64,000 nucleotides of DNA from Candidatus Thorarchaeota archaeon (GCA_029858305.1 JAOUFI010000005.1:1-64000), one strand, 5' to 3'; shown: positions 19,646 through 29,697, counted from the stretch's first letter. Numbers and translations: made by a program. The notes: generated by a model not told the origin, from the sequence alone.

Positions 19646-19725
19646 CAAGAAGAAACAAGGTGCATCCCTGCTCTCAATCGATACTGCTAGGCTTTACATA
19701 CCGACATCATCGAATCTTCTTCTTG
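19646..19725 (-). promoter_or_regulatory. Eukaryote-like SECIS element (selenocysteine insertion sequence)
   Basis: Minus-strand RNA AUGA-U-GUCGGUA-UGU-AAAGCCUA-GCA-G-UAUCGAU-UGAG: tandem GA/AG core, 10-bp helix II, unpaired AAA 11 nt after AUGA; possible lower helix CAAGAAGAA/UUCUUCUUG. Confidence 0.8.
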
Positions 19726-20510
19726 AACAGTTCCCAAGCGGATGGCAAGAGTAGCTTTGCGCCATTGAGGCTGTTGCTGGCACTAAGGACAACATCCACT
19801 ACACGCCCTTGACCTGAATCAAGGGTTCCCAGATTCCATTGCAGCGCAGTGGCGATGTCTTTAGGTCCATATCTGAGGTTCTTGCTGAGGTCGGTTGATT
19901 CTTCATCAATCCTGATTTGGGTTGGAGAACTGATCTCCCAAGCATCAGGTTCTGGTCTGGATGTCATAGCCACACACAGCGGGTTATTATCACATGCATA
20001 CATGATGCCGGATTCTGGATCATAGGTTCCAACATCATCCTTGTAGCTCGCAGGACCACCAACATCGAGATCCATGATATAATAGAGTTTCAGGTTCTCA
20101 ATGGGCATCTTGCCAAGGTTTGTTGCAGAGTAACGAACCAGCAGGATCGGAGTGTTATGGCTCCACGCCTTAATATCTGATTGGACCTTGGGAGAATCAC
20201 TCTCAGATGGAGAATGACTAAGAACTAGATGCAATCCTCCTTTCCCCGACTCAACTCTAACGAGAGAGATAGTTGAACTCTCGGTAGAGCTCGCCTTGTA
20301 GACAATATTGTCTGCAACATAGGTGAGCCAAAACCCACCTTTATAGTCCGCAGGATTTCGGAGTAGTAACTGTTCTTTACCCGAGGTATCGATCAGACTG
20401 AGGCGTTTGATGTAGAAACCAAGGCGACCTTTTCCTCAGGATGAACACTCTACAGCGTATGAGATATCCAGCCTTGGGCTACGATTGCCGGTTTCAAGGA
20501 TTTCAGACAT
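19707..20510 (-). CDS. Putative novel selenoprotein (267 aa, C22-S-S-U25, Sec TGA at 20438-20436)
   Basis: ATG 20510 preceded by GTGATC SD-like sequence and TTTATAT TATA (20555-20561); single in-frame TGA; continuous with the 175-aa ORF; SECIS at 3' end. Confidence 0.8.
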
Positions 20511-20669
20511 GACCGATCACTGTACCAATGCAGAGTGAACAGTAACCTCCTGCGATATAAATCTCAGTATACGTTTAAGACATAGAGAATTCTTGGACAT
20601 CTTCTCTCCTTTCATAAAGTTGATAAACTCGTTGCAGGAATCAGCCAGTTATCTGGGTAGGTCATACCA

Positions 20670-21902
20670 ATGACAAATCTTACAGTAGACCAGCTCCAAA
20701 AATGGTACAGAAAACAGCTCACGAAAAAATCGGGTGAGTTTGTCAAACAAGCCGAGAGAAGCTATAAAGTTGTTGAACGTGCTCTGAAAGATGTACAAGA
20801 AATGGTGAAGGCTTTCGAAAGTGACGGGGAGGATGATCCAGAATCTTCTGGGATTGCTGCTAGGTTTGGTTTAAAGCTCAAAGAGATCGTGTCTGATTTC
20901 TATGTAGAGAAAGAAATCACGTACGAGAGTACAGAAGCTATGCAGGGTGAAATCCAGAGATTCATCCAGGAACTTTGGGGAGCCGGCGCCAGATGGATCA
21001 AAAGAATGGACAAGCGTCATAAAACAACCATAAAGGCTCTTGATGAAGCCATGAAGGAACTGGCAAAAGAGATGAAGCGTATTGGCAAGCTTCTCTATGA
21101 TTATGCTTGGGTTAAAGATTTAGAACGTATAGGTGGTCGCATTACTACACTCCATGACCTCACCTTTAGCAAGGATGTTTTTGAAGAACAAATCAAAACC
21201 GTGCTTTTGAAGATACAGACTGCTGAGAATGACTATCAGAATGCAAAACGTGCCAATGATGAGTTTGTTGAAATGTCTAATGTTGCAGATTTGCTTAATT
21301 TGGATGAGCAAGCTGAACGTATATCGAGTCTACTTAGAATGAAATTGAATCCACTAAAGAAACAAGTGAAGAAATTCCTGCAAGTTGATACTGGAGTTCG
21401 TATTGGACCTGCTGGTCAAATTGCCCTAAACGAATATTTCGATGATCCATATGCTGCAATAGCCAAGGAGGCTGATGGATATCCAGGACTGCTTGAAGGT
21501 CTCAGAGGCGTTCAAGAAGCAATTGAAAGAAACAAATTGGATCTGAAAGACAGACTCGGGAGACGTGCAATTGAAGAAATCGAGGCAATTAGCAAGGGTG
21601 GGCTACAAGATTTTCAAACCCAAGCAAAGAGCATTGAAGAGAAACGTCGCACATATGCTGGTTCTGATGTATACAAGAAGAGTGAGGAGCTGCAGACCGC
21701 ACTCAATGAAGCTTACAAAAATTTGGAGTATCATAGGAATGATTTACTTCGAATCCGAGATGATTTAGAACGCCAGATTACAAAAGTAAACGAGTTCAAA
21801 ACGCGAATTGAAACAGAGATACTAGCGGCTTTTAGTGAAAAAGTCACGATAGACCTTGAGGTTTCCCTTGAACCGCTTCTCAAAATGTGTACTTTAGAGT
21901 AA
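20670..21902 (+). CDS. Coiled-coil/helical hypothetical protein
   Basis: 410 aa, heptad-rich, E/K-rich. Confidence 0.75.
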   Translation: MTNLTVDQLQKWYRKQLTKKSGEFVKQAERSYKVVERALKDVQEMVKAFESDGEDDPESSGIAARFGLKLKEIVSDFYVEKEITYESTEAMQGEIQRFIQELWGAGARWIKRMDKRHKTTIKALDEAMKELAKEMKRIGKLLYDYAWVKDLERIGGRITTLHDLTFSKDVFEEQIKTVLLKIQTAENDYQNAKRANDEFVEMSNVADLLNLDEQAERISSLLRMKLNPLKKQVKKFLQVDTGVRIGPAGQIALNEYFDDPYAAIAKEADGYPGLLEGLRGVQEAIERNKLDLKDRLGRRAIEEIEAISKGGLQDFQTQAKSIEEKRRTYAGSDVYKKSEELQTALNEAYKNLEYHRNDLLRIRDDLERQITKVNEFKTRIETEILAAFSEKVTIDLEVSLEPLLKMCTLE

Positions 21903-21918
21903 GTGAAGGTCGAACACT

Positions 21919-22743
21919 TTGCGCGTATTAGTTACATCCGAGAAAGATATTGCCAGTCAAACAATCAAGAGCGTTCTAGAAAAGGAATATGGCTTTTCTT
22001 TAACCGGTGAAACCTTTGAAAACAATCCAATCCTTTCATTTGATGATGCTACAATTCTCATCACAACCAATCGCGATATGATATTCTGCGACCATCTTGA
22101 GGAGCATTTCGATGCTGAGGCATTCATTTTCTGTTCGCGCCATCGGGCTGAGTCTGCAAGACCATCACTGCTTGTCCATAGTACAGGAAATCTTGGGTCT
22201 GAAGCACTCTTTGGTGGCAATCCCTATGAGGTTTCGATTTCAGCTCCTTCATTAGTAGCTGCAGCTTTGAAACGGCTTACAATTGAACGGAGTGAAAGGA
22301 ATCTAAATGACTTCGATGTTTCGCTTGAAGTCACTCATCACGGACCCACTTCGATGACAGTTCCTCTAGTGTTTGTTGAGCTAGGCAGTACTGAGGAATA
22401 CTGGATTCATAAGGAAGGTGCACAAGCTGTAGCTGCTGCTATTATGGATTGTACCAGGGAACCACTCCCTGCAGAATCAGCTATAGGTTTTGGCGGCATG
22501 CATTATGCTAGTAAGTTCAACAAACTAGTGCTCGAAAAGGAGTATAAGATAGGTCATATTGCTCCAAAATATTCCATTAACGAATTGACATTGGAAATCG
22601 TAGAGCAGATGATGACCCGAACAACAGGAAAAGTGACAAAGGCAATTGTTGATTGGAAAGGAATGAATGCTGAAAACAAAGAGCATGTATTTCCACTTCT
22701 TGATGAGTTAAATCTTGAAATTGTACGTGATAAGGATACATAA
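21919..22743 (+). CDS. dtdA: D-aminoacyl-tRNA deacylase, archaeal DTD2
   Basis: SRH.A, LVHSTGN, EVTHHGPT, FVELGS, GFGGMHY, GHIAPKY, VDWKG. Confidence 0.93.
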   Translation: MRVLVTSEKDIASQTIKSVLEKEYGFSLTGETFENNPILSFDDATILITTNRDMIFCDHLEEHFDAEAFIFCSRHRAESARPSLLVHSTGNLGSEALFGGNPYEVSISAPSLVAAALKRLTIERSERNLNDFDVSLEVTHHGPTSMTVPLVFVELGSTEEYWIHKEGAQAVAAAIMDCTREPLPAESAIGFGGMHYASKFNKLVLEKEYKIGHIAPKYSINELTLEIVEQMMTRTTGKVTKAIVDWKGMNAENKEHVFPLLDELNLEIVRDKDT

Positions 22744-22865
22744 TTCATGTTGGTATTCGCCTGAAATGCTATTATAGTGTTTTTTACAGGTTTCATTACA
22801 TTCCCGAAAGGCTAATTACGCTCCTTTGATAAATCGCAAATCAACTTCATCTAGTTGGGGATATT

Positions 22866-23864
22866 ATGGGCTCTGAAGACAACGCAGACATCGGAGAAAT
22901 CCTAGAGAAAGTTGGCGAGCTAACTGAAGAACTCGCTAGCCTACGTAAGGACTTAGATGCATTAAACTCGGTGCCAGATATCGCTGAGAAGATTGAAACA
23001 ATTAGCTCAGAGATTGAGGGATTAAAATCATCTATAGAACCTTTGGAGAAAATTGACAATCTTGAATCATCTCTGGATGAAATCAAGACGGTTATTGAAG
23101 AAGTGAAGGAATCCAAGAGTTCTGAAGAGCTGACTGAGAAGATTGACGGGCTCACAAGTTCATTGAATGAGGTAAGTGAATCAGTTCGTGAAATCAATGA
23201 GTCAAAAGAAACAGAAGTCATAATCAAGAAAATTGATGATATTCTACTTGGAATGTCTGAAGTTGAGGTCATCTCCAAGAAATTAGACGATCTCCAAGGA
23301 TACATCGCTGGTCTGTCAGGTATTGAAGAGAAATTCGAAGAACTGTCAACCGCTTTTCAAGAGACCCAAGAGATTGTAGGAATTATTGTTCGACAGCTTG
23401 ATGATATTGAGCGTAAGTACAACCTCTCCGTTGAAAGAATAAATGAAACAGCTGATTTAGTATCTAAAATCGCTGAAGGTGCCATATCAACTCAAATAAA
23501 ATCTACTGAAAAGAAAACATCAAAGAACACAGAGGATGAATTAATCCCAGAGCCTCAGAAGAAGTCTCCGATATCCAAAGCTAGTCTTCCATCAACAATT
23601 GACTCATTAATGGATCGTTTACTTGGTCTCGTTAATCCGCAAACCGAGGCTAGCGACATGGCTGAGGCGTTAGAAGAGGTTCGGGATCAATTGACATCAA
23701 TGATTCAAGGCCACACGCCTGTTCTGTTTCAATTTGGTAAAAAAGCAAGAGAGCTCAAATCATACCCCCCCACAGCTACTCTCAATGAGAATGATATTGC
23801 GGGTTTGAACAAAGACATCAAATCTTGGACAAGCAAGCTAAAGGAGATTGCAAAGAACTCCTAG
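22866..23864 (+). CDS. Coiled-coil protein with C-terminal helical domain
   Basis: About 200 aa acidic heptads, linker, about 90-aa helical domain. Confidence 0.75.
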   Translation: MGSEDNADIGEILEKVGELTEELASLRKDLDALNSVPDIAEKIETISSEIEGLKSSIEPLEKIDNLESSLDEIKTVIEEVKESKSSEELTEKIDGLTSSLNEVSESVREINESKETEVIIKKIDDILLGMSEVEVISKKLDDLQGYIAGLSGIEEKFEELSTAFQETQEIVGIIVRQLDDIERKYNLSVERINETADLVSKIAEGAISTQIKSTEKKTSKNTEDELIPEPQKKSPISKASLPSTIDSLMDRLLGLVNPQTEASDMAEALEEVRDQLTSMIQGHTPVLFQFGKKARELKSYPPTATLNENDIAGLNKDIKSWTSKLKEIAKNS

Positions 23865-24057
23865 GAACATCTTCTATTTCATGCGTACTTGTCCAAACAT
23901 GCCAACACGACTCAACTCTGCCTATTTCTGAGCCATAGGTTTATCTCTAAAATTCACAATTGCGCAATTAGACATGCCTACGGTGAAAATCAATCACCTA
24001 TGCAGTCGTAGCTCCTAGGTTCAGAATCTTTCACCATCTAGATGGACGGTAGCAGTA

Positions 24058-24858
24058 ATGGAATTAACAAAGCATAATGATGAACTTCAACAGAGAATGC
24101 AGCTTCTTGATAAGCCAGCTGACCAACAACTGGCAAAAGAGCTTATGGATCTACATCAAAAGAAATGTACCGAATGTCAAGAGGACAGGCTTAGATGCGC
24201 GACTCGTCCTGCATGTATGAACCGCAACTTTCTCAATGCTCTTATTGAAATTGGCGTTGAAGTTAATGATTTGCCCAACTTTTGTTACAGCCAAAATCTT
24301 GAGCAGATACGGAGATATGTATTAGAGAAGAAAGGGCGAAAGATGGTGGATAGGCGGCTTCCAATAAAGGACCTTCTACAGACACTTGGTATTAGCTCTA
24401 TCAGACATTTTACTACCAAGTATAAGAAAGAATGGACTAATTTCTCTTCAGTTCATGAAGGCAACATAATGCTCGTAGCAGGAGATAGCCTACTATTTCG
24501 CTTCGATTTTGCTCGTGGTATAGCAACAGTAAATCCTACAAAGGATAGAATCAAGACATTCAATGTCTTTAAGCTGTATTGCGAACTGTTCTCAGAGAGA
24601 TACCAAGTCAAGTCAACAGTAAAAGATTTGACTCCAAATTGGTGGATTCTCTCAGTTATTGCAGATGAACCCGACTCTACAGCCTTTAGGGCTCTTCAGA
24701 AGAGTGAGATTGCAAGTGCCTTCGAAGCGATATATATCAAAGAAACTGAAGGGACAGTTCAGCTGCAGATTGAAGTCATTCTTGATTCTGATGATAAGTA
24801 TCTAGAGGCTGAATTCCTAAATGAGTTGTTTGTGAAAGTATCTAAGATCTGCAATTGA
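24058..24858 (+). CDS. Hypothetical protein with N-terminal Cys cluster
   Basis: CTEC-x6-C-x5-C...FCY. Confidence 0.7.
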   Translation: MELTKHNDELQQRMQLLDKPADQQLAKELMDLHQKKCTECQEDRLRCATRPACMNRNFLNALIEIGVEVNDLPNFCYSQNLEQIRRYVLEKKGRKMVDRRLPIKDLLQTLGISSIRHFTTKYKKEWTNFSSVHEGNIMLVAGDSLLFRFDFARGIATVNPTKDRIKTFNVFKLYCELFSERYQVKSTVKDLTPNWWILSVIADEPDSTAFRALQKSEIASAFEAIYIKETEGTVQLQIEVILDSDDKYLEAEFLNELFVKVSKICN

Positions 24859-24914
24859 AAGTGCGATTTCACCAAAACAGCTCGAATATACATATACTGC
24901 GGCGGGATGCGCAA

Positions 24915-27900
24915 ATGAGTGATGATACAGTAAGTAAATCGGTGCCTATCCTCAGGGATAACCTTGGATTAACCGAGGCTGAGGTCAAGGCAATCGTGCC
25001 AATCTATCTGGGTGGCAACATGACCGCTGGAGGAGTGGCTCTTCTTTCAGGAGAAAAACTCGCAACGGTTCAGAGAACTCTTGGTCGTCTTGTTAGCAAA
25101 GGACTGATCAAGCAAATTGATGGAATTGTACCAGTGTACAGAGCTCTTTCACCAAGTATGGCTCTATCTGGTACTCTCGCAGATTCTCTTAGTGGTGTGA
25201 CAGGACTTACAGATGAATCTGAGAAGTTATTCTCCTCCAGAATAACTGAAATCGAATCTGTGGTCGATGGCATTATCACTTCACAAACCAAGTCTCTTGA
25301 GGAACTAAAATCAGCTCTCACATCATATGAGAATCAAGTTCTTGATTTAGTAACAAAGCAGATTGAGAATGTTGCGACAACTGCGACACAAACCATGACT
25401 GGATTTTCAGATGAGATTGAGCTCGCGATGAATGGTATGGATACATTTCTTGATGAGAGCCTAGGCTCAAAATTACTTGAGCTACAAGCGGAAATAGATA
25501 AGGCTCAGATTGCAATGGCGAAGGATCTGAAAGCGCAGGTTCGTGAATTTGATAAATGGATAAAGAACGAGCGCAAAGGAACATTAGGTTCTGTTGGAGA
25601 GTTTGAAGCGAAATCTTCAGCACTTGTCGAATCTGCAAAAAATGCTGTCTCGTCCGCGCTCACAAAGTCATCAGAGCTAATCCAGAGTCTTGTACGCGAG
25701 ATTTCAGGAATTTTAACATCTCTGGCATCTGCCGCTTCCGATAATGGACTTGCTGTAATTAATGAGGTATCCACTGAGATATCACAAATGCTCAACCATC
25801 TCGATAGCGAGTTGGGGCAAGCATATCTCACAGGTCAAGAATCACTCAAGGAGGTCATTGCTCAGGCACGTATCATCTCAAAAGAATATAGCGAGTTTGC
25901 GAAAAGCAGGATTGATGCAGCAATAGAGATTGCAGACTCTGCTAGTGACGTTGTTGATGACTGGAAGAACGAGGTTTCTGGATTCATGGACGTTGCATCC
26001 CAATCTGTGACATCCCAGCTAGACCAAGTTGCTTCCACTGATGCATCATACCTCGAACAAATGAAAAACTCATTAACATCACACATCGAGAGAGTCAATA
26101 CGTCATTGATGGATGAATACAAGGCAATCTCTTCACTAGCTACAGTCCTTGGTGGTGATTCTGAAACAATATTGACTGAGACTCGTTCGATGATGCTTGA
26201 TCTTCTTCAGTCACAGAATGTTGTTGAACAGAATGATTGCGATGCTGTTGTAGAGAAACTCCATGCGGAACTCGAAAAATGGGTCGGTGATACAGTCACA
26301 TCTATAGAGAAGAAATTGAAAGACACGGCTAAAGATGTAACAACAATTCTAGACACAGAAACGACAGAGCTGAACTCTATCTCTGAAGCGATGAATAGTC
26401 GGTTGAAATCAGCTTTCAATTCAGTCATTAAGAGTACAAATACAAAGAATGAAACTTTGTTAACATCTGTAAAGAAGACGACACATGACTTTGAAAATGG
26501 CATTGGTCAAAGTCTTGATGAGTTAATTACTAGTTTCACATCAGCAACAGAAAAGCAAGTACGTGAGTCAAAAGAGTTGTATGAGGGATTGCGAGAACGC
26601 CTGGATAATCGGATGTCCCAATCTATAGCAACCATTAGCTCACAGGCTGATAGAGTTCAGAAGGATATCACTAATACAATACTCGAGCAAACAACTAGGA
26701 TTGACCAACACACTCTCGGAATAAAGGAAGAATTTCATAATAGGTTAGAAGATATTACAACTCAGTTCATCTCCCTCACGCAGGGTTTAGAGGCTACATT
26801 CAATGGGCTTCTCTCTTCTCAGACCATGGAAGCACGAGATATTATTGCATCTACGCATTCAGAGTTCCGAACTACATTAAAGAATGAGGTAACAACTCTC
26901 AAGGATGATTCACTGAAGATTCAGAAAGAGTACTCGACTGAGATTGCGCTTAAAATTGATGACGTTGCCTCCACAGTCGCTGCTGTTAAGAAGGCTCTAA
27001 ATGAACTTTCGGTGCAGAAACGCTTTGAGATTTCTGAAAATATGGCAAAAACACTCACAAATCTTGAGTCTTCTATCAGAAGTACAGAAGAGAGTCTAAG
27101 AGATATAGAATCGGGCACTGTTGATCAGTTTATTGAAAATATGGAACAAGTATCTCAAGAATTCAAGGTCAGTGTTAATGGAGCGCGTGACAATATCTCA
27201 GGGCGGCTAGATAATGTGAAAGATATTGTCGCAGCATCTCTTGAGAAGAGCTCAGCTGGGGGAAAGATTGTTGTTGATGGATTTGTAGCCCAACAAAAGG
27301 ACCGCAAACAACGGTTCCTTGCTGATACGAGCAAGAAAATGAACCGACTTGCTACGAAAAGGGCAAAGGACTCAGCAGCCTCCATTGAAGCATTTCAGAC
27401 ACAGCTCTCCGAGAATCAAACAGGTGGAGTCAAAGATCGAAATATTGCGAAGGAAGAAGTACTGGCAACAGTGGAAACAAGGCGATCAGAAGTGGCTAAT
27501 GCCTTTGATGCAGCAGCTGTATGGGTTGATTCTTCTGTATCCAATGTGGCAACATCTCTAGAAGCATTCGGCAGTAAATTGAAGAACGAGCTCATCATTA
27601 TGCAGAAAGGTCTACAGAAGGCAGCTAATGAAGTTGCGTTGGCGATTCAGGAACGTGGCGAAACTGATATGGATAGTTTCCAGGAAATTGCTACATCTTT
27701 GATACAAAATGCTGAATCGATTGTAACTGCGCGCCTAAATGAATTTGGCGACAGCTGTTCAGATGCTCTAACGAAGAGCAATGACTCCTTCACCACTATG
27801 CCGACAAGAATGAGTGAAGAACTTGAGAACATGGAAACAGAGATAGCTCAGAGAAACTTACAGGATTATGGAACAATCACTACAGATCTATCTACATCTT

Positions 27901-28808
27901 TTACAGAATGCATACGAACTGCAGAATCAATATCTGAAGGATTCAAGAACCTTATTGAGAATGCTTCAATAGCTCTAACAAATCATCGTGATGAGGTATT
28001 TGACCAAGTTCAGAAAAGTGCAGAGTTGTCAAACCAGTATGCCTCCCGCAAGTTCGAAACGACTGGTCTGGATCTCAAGACTCATTTAAGCAGTGATACA
28101 TCGAATTTTCTAGAGAAAACGAGGCTAGCGCTTGCAGCAAAGAACAAGGAAATCACGGATTCTGTAACTGAAACAATCAATACAATCAATAAAGAGACCT
28201 CCGGTTTGAAACAGAACCGAAATCGGGCGCTCTCTTCGCATGGAGAATTTGGCGAGAAGACACTCAGAAGATGGTCGGTGGAACAGAAAGACAATATGTC
28301 TTCATTGAACGATAGGATACATAGTGCAATTGTGGGAATAACCGACAATACCAAGGCAACTATAGAGGTACTCAATGCTATCCATAGTATTGGAGATGAG
28401 ATGATTAAAGACCCATCAAAAAGAACTTGGTACATATCTGGGAAAGAGGAAGCATGCGCTCATATTATAGATATGGCAGATAGAGCTACAGACTCTATTG
28501 TAATCTCCATCATCGATCCCAATTGCCTAGACTATAAGAAGTTGGCTAAGGTCAAACAACCAAAACGTAAGGTGCTCATTGTTCCTGAAACCGAAGAACT
28601 TGATCCGAATCTATCATCCCTAGAAGGCTGGCGGGTATGGGAAACTAGGACCCCAATGTTCCTATCAATAATAGACGATAGTGAGCTATTGGTCGGTGGT
28701 GCAACAGCAACAGATGACCTTATCGCTTTGATATCGAAAGATGAAACATATCTTAGACTGTATCACGATATTCTTGGCCCGCGGTTAGTGAGAGGAAGAG
28801 TGACCTAG
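24915..28808 (+). CDS. TrmB-like protein with about 1100-aa coiled-coil insertion
   Basis: N-terminal LGLTEAEVK..MTAGGVA..TLGRLVSKGLI..YRALSP wHTH; C-terminal TWYISGKE..DMADRATDSI PLD-like effector domain; ATG 24915. Confidence 0.75.
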   Translation: MSDDTVSKSVPILRDNLGLTEAEVKAIVPIYLGGNMTAGGVALLSGEKLATVQRTLGRLVSKGLIKQIDGIVPVYRALSPSMALSGTLADSLSGVTGLTDESEKLFSSRITEIESVVDGIITSQTKSLEELKSALTSYENQVLDLVTKQIENVATTATQTMTGFSDEIELAMNGMDTFLDESLGSKLLELQAEIDKAQIAMAKDLKAQVREFDKWIKNERKGTLGSVGEFEAKSSALVESAKNAVSSALTKSSELIQSLVREISGILTSLASAASDNGLAVINEVSTEISQMLNHLDSELGQAYLTGQESLKEVIAQARIISKEYSEFAKSRIDAAIEIADSASDVVDDWKNEVSGFMDVASQSVTSQLDQVASTDASYLEQMKNSLTSHIERVNTSLMDEYKAISSLATVLGGDSETILTETRSMMLDLLQSQNVVEQNDCDAVVEKLHAELEKWVGDTVTSIEKKLKDTAKDVTTILDTETTELNSISEAMNSRLKSAFNSVIKSTNTKNETLLTSVKKTTHDFENGIGQSLDELITSFTSATEKQVRESKELYEGLRERLDNRMSQSIATISSQADRVQKDITNTILEQTTRIDQHTLGIKEEFHNRLEDITTQFISLTQGLEATFNGLLSSQTMEARDIIASTHSEFRTTLKNEVTTLKDDSLKIQKEYSTEIALKIDDVASTVAAVKKALNELSVQKRFEISENMAKTLTNLESSIRSTEESLRDIESGTVDQFIENMEQVSQEFKVSVNGARDNISGRLDNVKDIVAASLEKSSAGGKIVVDGFVAQQKDRKQRFLADTSKKMNRLATKRAKDSAASIEAFQTQLSENQTGGVKDRNIAKEEVLATVETRRSEVANAFDAAAVWVDSSVSNVATSLEAFGSKLKNELIIMQKGLQKAANEVALAIQERGETDMDSFQEIATSLIQNAESIVTARLNEFGDSCSDALTKSNDSFTTMPTRMSEELENMETEIAQRNLQDYGTITTDLSTSFTECIRTAESISEGFKNLIENASIALTNHRDEVFDQVQKSAELSNQYASRKFETTGLDLKTHLSSDTSNFLEKTRLALAAKNKEITDSVTETINTINKETSGLKQNRNRALSSHGEFGEKTLRRWSVEQKDNMSSLNDRIHSAIVGITDNTKATIEVLNAIHSIGDEMIKDPSKRTWYISGKEEACAHIIDMADRATDSIVISIIDPNCLDYKKLAKVKQPKRKVLIVPETEELDPNLSSLEGWRVWETRTPMFLSIIDDSELLVGGATATDDLIALISKDETYLRLYHDILGPRLVRGRVT

Positions 28809-29275
28809 AATTCAATGGCATAGATGATGGCGTCTTCAACATCATAGTATCCCTTCACTCTATCGACAGCCACCATCCCTGCCCTACTATAGAGACTTCT
28901 AGCTTCTTGATTACTCTCACGAACCTCTAGCTCACATGTCCTCATCCCTGCGTCCCGCATTCTGTTGAGCGCATGGTTAAGTATCAAACTTCCATTTCCT
29001 CTACAGCGTTCATCCTCACGGATTGCTAAGTTGAGTATATGCCCATGCTCTTCATATACCGATTCTTCCCAAATGACATACCCAATAACATAGCTCTGAC
29101 GCGCTAATACCTTCATTATAATAAAGACGTCGTCATCTACTTGAAATCTCCCCTTGGTAATTGTAATCCGAAGGAATATCTCTTGACTCCACGGAATTGG
29201 AAAGCAATTCTTTTCTATTTCAATAATCTGAACCAGGTCATCAATAACGGGTTGCCGTATGTCAAGATCTGTCAT
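28805..29275 (-). CDS. rimI: RimI-like N-acetyltransferase
   Basis: IEKNCFPIPWS, GHILNLAI, LEVRESN..A..LY, YYDVEDA; start ATG 29275. Confidence 0.85.
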   Translation of the reverse strand: MTDLDIRQPVIDDLVQIIEIEKNCFPIPWSQEIFLRITITKGRFQVDDDVFIIMKVLARQSYVIGYVIWEESVYEEHGHILNLAIREDERCRGNGSLILNHALNRMRDAGMRTCELEVRESNQEARSLYSRAGMVAVDRVKGYYDVEDAIIYAIEF

Positions 29276-29312
29276 GAATATGTTCCTTCGTGATATATCA
29301 AATTCTCTCAGT

Positions 29313-29672
29313 TTATCCATCATTCTGTTCAACCGGATTACCACAGAATGGACAGAATGTTGAATTGATTGGTATTGGTTTTGAGCAATATGCACAACAT
29401 GAGCCTACTAGAATAAAGGAGTTCTGTTCATTCAAATCAGACTGAGAATCTGTCTGTAGAACAGCTATTGATAGGAACCGTAGAATTATGATAGTAAAGA
29501 CTAGGACAAATGTAATTGTGATTGCAAAACCGAGAACACCTGAACCTCCAAAGAAGAAAGGAAAAACGAAGAACACTCCACTCTCAACTGATTTACTAGT
29601 AGACCAAAGCAGAAAGATTCCAAGTATAATAAATAGGAATCCCAATGGAAGTAGATTTTGTCGCCATTGCAA
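29313..29672 (-). CDS. Small membrane protein with C-terminal zinc ribbon
   Basis: Two TMs around GVFFVFPFFFG; CAYC..FCPFCG. Confidence 0.7.
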   Translation of the reverse strand: MQWRQNLLPLGFLFIILGIFLLWSTSKSVESGVFFVFPFFFGGSGVLGFAITITFVLVFTIIILRFLSIAVLQTDSQSDLNEQNSFILVGSCCAYCSKPIPINSTFCPFCGNPVEQNDG

Positions 29673-29697
29673 AGGCGTTCGAATCCTCCAATAGCTG

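Noticed and set aside
19600-19709. Read-through of the terminal TGA as a second Sec
   Set aside because: It lies inside the SECIS core itself and another TGA follows 11 codons later; no redox motif
20232-20240. TTG 20234 as the real start of a 175-aa protein (GGAGGA adjacent)
   Set aside because: The SD-like sequence has no spacer, and the upstream frame is open for 67 codons back to a CxxU TGA with ATG, SD, TATA and a matching SECIS; not strictly excluded as a secondary start
20436-20438. In-frame TGA as a pseudogene nonsense mutation
   Set aside because: The CxxU context plus a well-formed SECIS is a more parsimonious explanation; read-level check still needed
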